The position numbers were made by a program, and so were the translations under genes. DNA of 64,000 bases, taken from Lama glama (taxonomy: Eukaryota). Below, one piece after another: positions 53,691 to 64,000 of this stretch. The notes under the pieces were generated by a model. That model searched no databases, was not told where the DNA came from, and saw only the letters and a list, made by a program, of their open reading frames with translations. Each line of letters opens with the position of its first letter. Within the stretch, counting starts at the first letter, position 1. The stretch spans positions 5,828,001 through 5,892,000 of the forward strand of contig CM052833.1 in NCBI GenBank assembly GCA_028534125.1, written 5' to 3'.

Positions 53691-56600
53691 TGGGCATACT
53701 TTTCTTGTCATAGCAGAGTGCCTCCAAGTTCCAGGCATGAGATAATTAGGTCTCAGACTGGTGTGGCTTTAACCTTAGAAAACAAAGGACAAAGCTCAGA
53801 CATTTCCAAAAAGAATCTGAAAGTACAGTGACTTACAAGAAGACATTGGAGAGGAGATCGAGGAAGGAATCAAAGACTCAGAAATTTTGAGTCCAGGAAC
53901 CTGGGAGAATAGGGGTGGTGGTGACATGATTGTGCTCAGCCCATTCCTTTTATGAAGCTAATCTCGTAAAGGAGTCAAGACTAGGGAGTGTTCCACAAGA
54001 CTTCGGATGAGATGGGACAGGAGGGAGCTGGCAGTTAGGGGGTTCAGGCAGGGCACGGATGAGCTTCAGATCACCTGGTGTTTTACGTTCCTCCTCCAAG
54101 CACTTAAGTAATCGTGACCGAGGCTAGCAGCCAGGCTCTGTCTACATATAATAGTCATCTCTACATCGGGATTATTAATGGCCTTTGACGTCATTTTAAT
54201 CTGAAAGATCATTCTGATTTTATTCTTGCCTTTCACAACACGCACGGACTAAAAGCTCAAGCGTCAACTGTGCCCAGTTTTCTCAGGAATCTCGCATCTT
54301 CGCTGTTCTGAAGAGAATGTGCCAATTTTACTAAATCTGCTATTTTGAGTAAAGCCCTTCCCCAGGAGTTAAAATGCTAAGCCACAAGCACCTCTCTGCT
54401 TTTAGAAGTGACTCATTCTTCAACTCCAGACCTGAGGGGTTGATGCTTTTTTACAAAACTTAATGCTTTTCAAAATGTATTTTTTCAGATGTGTACACTT
54501 CTCTGGGTAATGATACACAACATGACTCAAGTTTGTGATGCATTTTTCCCTTCTCCCCAGTGACGTCTGCTTGTAACCAACTCCTAAGGGCTATTTTATT
54601 ATCAAACATTTATTTTGAAGGACACAACAGCATTTTGATTTCACTTTGAAAAACTATGTTAAAATTAAAATACTAAGATGGTTGGGGATGACTTCACCAC
54701 TTCAGCTGCTATAGTTTCGTGTTGTTGTTGTTTTTAAGAAAACTGCATCTCATGGAACATGAAATGGTCCGTATGTTTGTCTGTTTTTTTTGTTGTTGTT
54801 GACGTATAGTCAGTTTACAATGTTGTATCAATTTCTGGTGTGCAGCATAATGTTTCAGCTGTTAATAGCCAACTTTTCCACGTTGCCAAGTTCTACTTCC
54901 TAAATCTGCTTGACCACAGGTTAAGGTTCCAGCCATCATTGTTTACTAGCTTTGCTGTATGAAACACTTAATGTTGACCAACAAAACTGTGCTAACCTCT
55001 GCCTCCACCAAACTCCAAATCTTACAATTCTTCAAACATATGGTAACTAGAAAGAAAGATTGCTTTGCTCCATTTTTATTTCGAATTTAAATATATATAT
55101 ATATATATATGTGTGTCATTCTTTGTCACTATTGTCTCAAATGTTTTGTTTTTCTTTCATATGCCATTTGATCATGCTTTGCTGTGGCATCTTTATTCCA
55201 TTTTATTAATTCAATTAATGGCACCTCCACCTATAGTTCTTCTAACGCCTAGTGTCACTTCATTCTTCTCCAGTTATCATATATATTTTTATCTATCACC
55301 GATCTCCATCCAGGAGAGATGGAGAGGGAGTGGGGAGGGAGGGGTACAGGGAGAGGGAGATGGAGGGAGACCATCAACAACGCACCTTGACAGTTATGTA
55401 TTCCTCCCCATCCTTGGGCCACTCAAAGGCCCATTCAGATGGATGCCCTTCAAATCAACTGTGCCTTACTTAGCCAAAGGCATTTACTGATGACATCCAT
55501 CTATACACATATTTTTCTCTTTCTTATGGTTACGGAAGTGAATTATATCTTCCTGTGCATTAGACTAGAACTAATAGGAAGGTAATATTAAAAATGATTA
55601 CTTTTACCATAATCAAGACCATCTTTCACAGAGTCTAGGGTAGGCTGAAGTCCTATATATAAAGAACAAAGCTTTGCATGGCTTGGCTAACACTACAAAC
55701 TGGTTTCTTGACTTTTCAGAATTATTTTAGGAATGTGGAAGCAATCAAGCTGCAGTATCTGAGACTGCATTTTTTATCTACACAGCTGACTTAAATAATG
55801 TTTTTAAAACACCGTGACTTCAGAAGTAACTTTCATGGAGATGATTGAAAATGATCATCTGAATTTAGCTTTTGGCAAAGAAAAAAAAAATCTTTGGTCT
55901 TTTAATTTACATCATATTTCAAATACCTTTAAAGTTAATTTTAACCTCAGAATTTTAAATTTGCTTTTTATTGTGTTATTATAATATGTCATTTTAACAA
56001 TGACAATTTTTGAGAAGATTAAATTTAGTCTCTCTTTCCATACTATTTTTTATACTAAGAATCATACCATCTTAAACACTCTCGCTAACTCATTCTATTT
56101 GTTTGTCTTTGGGGATCAGGAGAATTGATTTGTCTAGGAGCCAAGGACATTCAGTACAGATGATGGATTTTCAGTGATGCACACACAAAGGCCAATCCAC
56201 GCAAAATCATGAAATATTCAAGCTTTATCTCTATTGCCTTGGCCTCGTGGTTTCAAATGTTTTTGAACATTTCATCTAACTTTAAAATGATCCCTCTTTC
56301 CCCTGTCAAGTGCCCACTAACTTCATGCTCACTCCCTGTCATAACGGCCTCTTGAAAGAATATTTGAGACCAGTTCACATTAGAGTGTGATTGTTTTCAA
56401 GGTGTAGGCATGGGGGCAAGGGCTATTCCAGCTGAACTGAAAGTTAATCTTTAAGCTGAAAGACTGAATTTTCCACATAAGAATTTCAGGTGTGCACGTG
56501 GAAAAAGATGCTTCAATGTAGAGGACTTCCCCATTCTTAAAGTCAACCTACATTTTCTAGGCCATTAGCTATGGTGCAGGCTAGTCCACACTGCGTAGGA

Positions 56601-56729
56601 TCCTGCCACCTCTCTGGAAGATCCCAGCCCACATACATTGTGCCTTCTGATAAAATTGCTGGTGTTCGTCATCACTTGAAGATTTGGAATCACAAAGGAG
56701 CTATCCATGAGACTTTCTTTTTCTTGTCA

Positions 56730-57990
56730 TTTATTCACTCCCCCCAAAATTTGGTGACCATCTACCATGTGCCTGAATGGATACTACGTGCTGCACTGCT
56801 GTGAACTGTGAATACAACTGTGAACAAGAAGTCCTGAGCCTCAAGGAAGATAAATCGAATGTGGACGGTGGGGAAATGAGCAGCTAAATTATAATACAGT
56901 ATGAGAAAGGCTTTGTGGAGGGGTCAGTGGTATCCTCCAGACGCACAGAAGAGCGTCCCTGCTTTGGGAGGTCAAGGAGGGCTTCCCAGAGGAGGTGATG
57001 GCTCACCTGAGCCCCAAAAGTCCAATCAGAGTTGCCCAGGCAAAAAAGGAGGAAGGAGAATATACCACGAAGAGTGGATAAGCAAAAGCTATGAGGTTGG
57101 AAGCAATCATGTTTCACCTGGAGAACTACTTCCAAAACAGAAGGTGAACAGGATGGGAGTACAAGGAGAATGGAACTGGGAGGGACGTCAAGGCCGGGTC
57201 TTAGAGGACTGTGTAAGCCACTTTGAGGAAGTTAAACTTAACACTGAGGGTACCAATTGTAAGGTTTATCAACAGAAAAATGACATGACCAAATACATAT
57301 GCTCCAAAGTTCATTCCAACAGCAATATGGAGATTAAAGATGAGCAAAACTGGAGTCAGGGAGGCCAGTGAGAAGGCTCAGCAGGGATGCAGGTCAGCGA
57401 TACTGAAGGTCTGAGCTCAGGTAGGAAAGCCGCCGTGGAGATGAGCTAATGGTCACAGACGTGATTAGGTGGTCGGATCCCTAGGACTTGGTAACTGAGC
57501 AGATCGGGTGGTGGTCAGGCAGAGAAGAGCCAACAATGGCAAAGGACTAAAGGAATCACCCTTTGCTATGGGATTCCAGGAGAATCAATTGTTTTCAGAG
57601 GGGCAATCATGAGTTCTGTTTGGGCCATGGCATGTTTACGATTCCTGAAGAAAGTCTACTGCATCCCGCTGCATGCGGTACCCAACCACGGCGCGCCAGT
57701 CGCATGGTCTGCAACGAGAATGACCGCCCATGGAAGGGCAGTGCCCACGCTGTCCAAATGTGTCTGGTGGCCCTGGCTGGGGCTCAGGAGACAGACCCTC
57801 ATTGGAGATGAAAACTTGAGGGACATCAGCACATAGATAATATTGGAAGCACAAGAATGGATCAGTCCCCCGCCACTAAAGAAAGCGTGTGGAAGCAGAG
57901 GGTCAAGGACTCAAAGAAACCCGTATATTTACTGAACAGGCCAAAGAAGAAAAACCCACAAAAGAAAATGAGAAACCCAAAGAGAACGGT
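56730..57990 (-). mobile_element. L2 LINE fragments
   Basis: tcatttattcact ... accatctaccatgtgcc ... gggcttcccagaggaggtgatg ... gagttctgtttgggccatgg. Confidence 0.65.
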
Positions 57991-58010
57991 CACCAATACC
58001 AAGAGGCACT

Positions 58011-58045
58011 TGCAGTTTAGGTAAATTGCCACCAGGTGGAGCGTG
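58011..58045 (+). promoter_or_regulatory. Candidate CTCF site with upstream motif
   Basis: Core TTGCCACCAGGTGGAGCG at 58026-58043, with TGCAGT at 58011, 18 bp before CCACC. Confidence 0.45.
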
Positions 58046-59202
58046 GTCTCTTCTCTGAATTTGAAATTCCTGCAAGTGTGTTAAACTGGCAAACATAGAT
58101 TAGCATATACATAGGTCATTTGGTTCACAACTCTTTGCAGACCTGTAGACAGTGGAGGAACAGGAGTTCCACTGTTTAATGTAGAGAAGAAAGCACTGAT
58201 AGAGGAGAAAAGAAACTAGTTTCTAGCCCCACTTTTATGACTTTCGAATAAGAAGACAGGTAAATACCTCCCCATCTTCATTTCTACATATTTAATGTAA
58301 GGAAGTTAGGCTAGGTGTTTTAAATTCTTCCCAATATTATAATAAGAGAGAAACAACACAACAAACATGTACACAGCCCATATCGCGGCCTGATATTTCA
58401 GTAGGTGCTGGAGACACAAAAAAGGAATAGAACAAAATCAGTCAGTGTAGTCACGAGACTAAAACTCTCCCACGTTAGACATACTCTTGAACTAACAGTC
58501 ACAACGAATATGACCAGTGCTGTGATGGGTGTACACGCAGCTGTGGAAGCACAGAGAAGCAGCTAACGGCTTTCCAGTCTTCATGAAGAAGGTAAATCCT
58601 GAGTGAACTTTACCACGTATGTAGGAGTCTTCAAGCGATTGTGAGGAAAGGAATCTTATGCAGATGGTACAGAGTGTGCAAAGGTCCCGAGGTATATGAG
58701 AGCACTGACTCTGGCTCAATACGGATGGAATGTAAATGCCTGGAGGGAAATAAACCCAACTGGAAAAGTGGACATGAACCAGAAAAGTCACTGCAGGTCT
58801 TAAAATTTACAGTGATATGTTTGAACCTTATTTAGTTAACAAACACTTCCTTAGAGATTGCTCTGTACCTGGTACTGTTTTAAGTGCATTACAAACATTA
58901 ACTCATTTAATCCTCGCAAAAATTCTGTGCAATAAATGGTGCCATTGCCCCGCATTTGACGAGGAAACAGGAACAGAGGCTTCCCCTGAGCCTGGCAGAC
59001 CTGCAATGTCACCAAGAGCCACCAGGTGGTGGTGGTGCCTCTTGGGGGACCCTAGGTCGGGGGTTCTTCACATCAGGGTAAACAGTCAGTAACCAAGTTC
59101 TGTTTCCAGCATGCATCTTTCCAGAGCATTATAACCTTACTAAAATAGCAGTCTCTACAGATTAAACATGAACAAGAGAATTTAACAATAAAAAAGATTT
59201 CA

Positions 59203-59244
59203 TATATATATATTTGTTATATATATATATGTTTATATATATAT
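59203..59244. repeat. Interrupted (TA)n repeat
   Basis: tatatatatatttgttatatatatatatgtttatatatatat. Confidence 0.85.
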
Positions 59245-59956
59245 AAAATTTGAAAAAAGACTTAAGAAAAAGAGCTACTTAGGTATACATCCCATACCTT
59301 CCTGACTCCCTTAAACTGTTTTTAAATTATTTCTTAACTTAATCTAATCTTGGCTTTAATTCCTTCACATTAATTTTGATTCATTCTTACGTGGGCAGAA
59401 GGCTAATAGCCTCTGGACTGTGCTTAAACCATAGCATTTGGCAAAGCACTCCATGGAAAAAGCCCCCGGTCCTTTCCAGCTGCTGAGGGATTAAATCCCC
59501 TCATTAAGAGGCTTAGACGAGCCACTCCAGCCAGTACTTACATGAAAATCTGGCCTCTCCATGCCATTTCCGAGCTTGGCCCTCTTCCTGCTGCCTGCCT
59601 TTGTCCACACTGAAATAGAAATGCACATTGGGTTCTCCAAGCCCTGTGTGACCCTTGACTTTTAATCAAAACCCAGTTACCAGAGTTACCCTGGCCCCTG
59701 CACGGGCACTCGGACGCCCTGTGCTCAATGGGGACACCAGTCTGCACCTCCCTCCGCCTTCTCCGGGCTGCTCACAATGGGTCAGGCTTGCGCTGTTTGG
59801 TGCCTGCAGTTCCTGGGGCCCCCCTGTGCCCACTTAAGCCCCCTGCCTACAGATGTCAGACATGTTCTGTTCCTCAGCTCACACTTTTAGAGAATTTTGA
59901 ATGCTAAAAGCAAAGAATGTTTCTAAACAACAATCAAAAAAATTTAAGTAGGCCTT

Positions 59957-60156
59957 GGGATTTCAAAATTGTAGAATAGATAAACAAGATTATACTGTAT
60001 AACACAGGGAAATATACACAAAATGTTATGATAAATCACAGAGAAAAAAATGTGACAATGAGTGTGTATATGTCCATGAATGACTGAAAAATTGTGCTGA
60101 ACATTGGAATTTGACACAACATTGTAAAATGATTATAAATCAATAAAAAAATGTTA
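59957..60156 (+). mobile_element. Young, 5'-truncated L1 3' end with 21-bp TSD
   Basis: Perfect TSD aaaaaaatttaagtaggcctt at 59936-59956 and 60157-60177. aataaa precedes the tail. Confidence 0.85.
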
Positions 60157-61204
60157 AAAAAAATTTAAGTAGGCCTTCTAAACTCATTTTCAAAGCCTAT
60201 GTGTCTTCATTCGAGACCAACAAGTGTGGCGACCTCCCTTCTCTCTGCAATAGGACAACTTGAAGATTCCATTATCTTCCTAAGGAATGCAGGATGGGGA
60301 AGTAAATATCCATGAGTTATTTGGTCTGTGAATCTGGGAGATATTATACAATATTCAGTAAAGTATTTAGAACCTCGTGGTGAGGACTCAGGACACAATG
60401 TGGAGGGTCTCTGTTGCTTCAATGTTCTTCATAGAGTTGAAGTGAGAAACCATACAGGTGTAACAAAATTAATCTCAGTCTCTCAAATCCCTTGCTTTGG
60501 TTTTACTGAATCTCTTTTGGCCAGAGGGCACCCATACCCTCTGTTTTCTGGTGAGAATTTATGTTGGCCAGCTTTTCTTGGTTTGCTTTGTTTGTTAACG
60601 GTCACCAGCTGTGCAAGCTCCCTCTTGTAACATTTTTTAAAAGAATAAGACCTCAAATGCAGGGTTTCATGATAAGAGCTCAAGTTCCATGCATGTAAAG
60701 TGGAAAATTTTCAGTACCAAGGCATGGCACTGACAGAGGAAGAGTGGAGTGGGGCCACGAGACTCCCTTTGACCCTTTCTAAATCCAAAACATACCCTTA
60801 CGTCCCTGCGAGGCAGGTTTCTCTGAAACTGTCACACACCCAAGAGGAGAGGTGCTAGTTGCTTTCTAACTTTGAAACCTGCATGAATCAAACCAGTAGC
60901 TCTCTCTCAGTTCTTCCTGAAAGCTTATCCAAGTGGGGCTTCCAGTCCCTGATTACATCCTTTAATACTCAGCCATTGCACTTTGTAAATAATCCTCTCT
61001 ACATGCAACAGACCTGAAGATGTGTGGGCCTATGCTTTGATTGATGTGCCTTTATCGGAGGTAAGAAGTGCTAGTCCCTTGCATCTAACTTTCTCCTCCT
61101 GTTATCAAGCTGTTGCTGTTGCTGTTGGCTTGGCTTTGTTCATTCGGTTGTTTGTTTGTTTTTAATATTTGACTTCTAGTATCCCACAGGAGGAGGAGGG
61201 GAGA

Positions 61205-61835
61205 ACTTATATTGACCATAAGCCCTGAGCTTTATATAAGTATGGTCTGTTTTGTTTCTTTTAATTTTCACAACAGTCTAATAATTTATTAGAGATGAGG
61301 AAACTGAAGTTCAAAAATAGATGCAGTTTGCCCAGGTTGAGGCCACACTGCTGTTAAATTGTAGAGCCGAGTTTCAAGTCAATTTCAATCCAAAGTTCAT
61401 GGTTTTCAGTCCTACCATGTTATTTCTAACAATTTAATACAAGAGAAAGCTAGTGTTCATGGAGCACCTGTAATACGCCAGATGGGTTAGAGATACTAAC
61501 TCGTATGATCCTTACCAAAACCTATTGCAGTAGGAACAGTTACCCTCATTTAAACTGTGGCTCAGAGAGTTTACATATTTGCCTAATAACACGCGGTTTG
61601 TAGATCCAGAATGTAACCCCAACTTTGTCTCCAAAACTCCTACTTTCTATCGCATCAGATGTAGTGTTTTACACATAATCACTCACAAGAACAACTGCAC
61701 AAGGCAGCTACCATGATCCTTCCCATTTCATAGATGATGAAAACCCAGCTAAGTTAGGGAACTTGTCCACAAGTCTCTTAAGTGTGCAAAAGAAGAGATT
61801 ACGACCCAGACAGTCTGACTTCAGCACTCCTAATC
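61205..61835 (-). mobile_element. Three consecutive MIR fragments
   Basis: Cores agatgaggaaactgaag (about 61292), aaactgtggctcagagagtt (about 61552) and cccatttcatagatgatgaaaac (about 61722). Confidence 0.6.
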
Positions 61836-64000
61836 ACTTAATGGACTATCTCTCTGAAACACTTTAAAAGAATCTCTACTCTAATGAAGGCAAGGGAGAA
61901 ATTTCCTTAGGGATGCAAGGGAGAAAACATAATTTTTAAAAAGAGAGAAAAAAAAAAAGAAAAAGAAATTCTGTTAAGCTAGGATTGTAGGATTGGTCAC
62001 TAAGGAATTTCTGGCCCCTCCACAAACACGTAGTGCAAATTATCCATTGACATTCGCAAAAGTGTCCATTAGCAAGGCGTCTCATTCCTTGTAACTGTGG
62101 CACCAGTGAAGCCTTGCAGCTTCGGAGGAAAAGGAGGAGGGTTCTGGAGTTGTATAAATCAGGAAATTGTGCAATGAACTGTGTGGGTGGTGGTAAGGCT
62201 TTTAGCATCCAGGCCTTCGGAATCTTGGAATGAGCTTGCTCATCCTCAGTGTTCTGGGTCAGGGGAGAGCTCTGCCAGATGAAGGAATGAGACATCCTTC
62301 ATCCTCGAGGCCAGGGCCATTGACCCGCCATCAGGAGGGCGTGACATTGGACTTGCCAGTTCAGTAGTGGTGATGGATTTGCGCTCATCTCTGTGTGTGC
62401 CTGTGAGCTCCTTTGGCCCACTGTGAGCAGCGACAAGGACCTCTGAGGGCACCGGGATTCAAGGGGCGGCGTTGTCATGATATATGAGATTAGCAACCAC
62501 CTTAGCTACCTCGGGGCTGAAGACAAAGAAACTGAGCAGGTTCCCATGTAAACTTATACCCAGTGAATGTGTGACCCAGTTCCTCTCTGGCTTTGTCTAT
62601 GCAATTAAGGGAGCAGATAAGAAACTATTATAAAAAGCTGTGTTTTTAATGTCAGCAACAGCTCTTATTTCTTAAAATAAAAAAAAACAGAGCCCAAGCA
62701 GAGTGCCCTGAGCCTAGTCTGAGACAATTTTTTTTTATGGACATCTGTTAGATTTATATGCCTCCAACTTCTGTGCTTTATTACAAGGCCATCCAGCCTG
62801 AATGCCCTCATAGAGAGACAGATGCAATATTTCCTTCTGGTGGGAGGCGAGGAGGCAGAAGAAGGGAGAGACAGCCTTATTATGCAAAGGAGCCGTAATA
62901 AAGGCCCTTTTCCCACCGCAAGTGGCCCTTTGAGAAGATGAGGAGTGAAGGGGAGCGTGCAAAGGGCTCAGTGCCTATTTATCTCATAAACCTGATTACA
63001 AGCAACAGGTACACCAGCATATAAACTACCTTGGAGTCATCAAGAAAGTCTAAAGAAAGCGGCATCAAATTGCAAATGATATGCCTTTCATCTAATGATA
63101 GATATTAATTATACAGGGAAGATTGCAATAGGCCCATAAAATGGGTGTTTGCATCCTCATTATTCAGTATTTCATGCCATGATGATAAAGCAATAATGAC
63201 AGAATAATAAACAAGCCTTTTATTTATTTATTTCCCTCATCGAAAACTCGACTTTGAAAAGTCAAGTCACAAAGTTTGGAGGGAGTGGGTAAAAGACTTC
63301 GAACAGCATCCTACCAGGGGCGAGCAGAGATGTCAGGAGGGGAGCAGAGTAAGGAAGAGATGAGCCAAGTGGCAGAGGAAACAAAGGCTTGTTTTTCTTC
63401 CTGATAAACAGACTCCTAAGACTGTATCAGAATTAAGACGGCAGATCCCCCTTGCTGGGGATAGCTGCATTTTTTTGATATGCTTTTAAATGCACAAAGC
63501 CTTTGAAAGAACGGTTCTTGGAGATGACGTTGGGGGAGGGGGGTAGACAATATTGAGACGTGAGGTCGGAGGTCGCTTACACAGCAGCACCTGCCACTTC
63601 TATGACTGCTCCAGGTTTTCCCCGTTCTTAAGGCCCCAGAGAAGAGCAGAGCCAGGCTGTGGGAGACGACAAGTGGGTGGGAAAGAGCTGGAAGGGACTG
63701 AGATTGTCCACAAAGAGGAGTCGGGGCAGGAAGTGGTGGGTGGGGAGCAGGAGGGAGCGGTGCAGGAGAGAACACAGTGAGTCAACAAACCCACTGGCAC
63801 CCGTGTGCCAAGAGACAGCACAGATCCTTATCATGACAGTTTATTAAATAGTACCTCATAAAAATTAAGGGCAACTGTGGAGAAGGATGCAGTGAACTGA
63901 GGGAGGTAGAGTGGCAAAGGTTGACTTAGCTGAATTCTAAAATAACCCTTTCAGAACACACTCTGCCCAAAGTACCCTGTCGGGTTTAACCCCGCAAAAC

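Noticed and set aside
56901-57371. 156-aa ORF
   Set aside because: Lies in decayed L2 sequence with no protein similarity I can recognise.
1-64000. CRISPR array, operon, phage or other prokaryotic system
   Set aside because: No regularly spaced repeats or dense ORFs. The sequence is intron-containing, repeat-rich mammalian DNA.

Overview
Mammalian genomic DNA, very probably a camelid: it carries tRNA-Ala-derived vic-1-type SINEs and a young lineage-specific L1 3' end. It contains six N-gaps. The only protein-coding sequence I can support is three minus-strand internal exons of KLHL14 encoding Kelch repeats (4767-4957, 4527-4685, 1342-1499; 191/159/158 nt, phase-compatible), with an 81-nt GC-AG intron between the first two. 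I could not find the upstream KLHL14 exons by eye in the remaining 59 kb. An exactly 500-N gap at 7507-8006 suggests a scaffolding join, so the sequence beyond 8007 may not be KLHL14 intron. The rest is non-coding and repeat-rich: L1, L2, CR1/L3, MIR, MER5A, MER82, Charlie-like hAT, and MER41-like, MLT and ERVL LTRs. It also has candidate CTCF sites, a Hox/Cdx motif cluster, small CpG-rich patches and some speculative unannotated exons. Almost all other ORFs in the track are chance or repeat-derived. I see no CRISPR array, prokaryotic system or clearly novel biological system. Repeat family names and boundaries are by-eye recognition and need RepeatMasker/Dfam confirmation.
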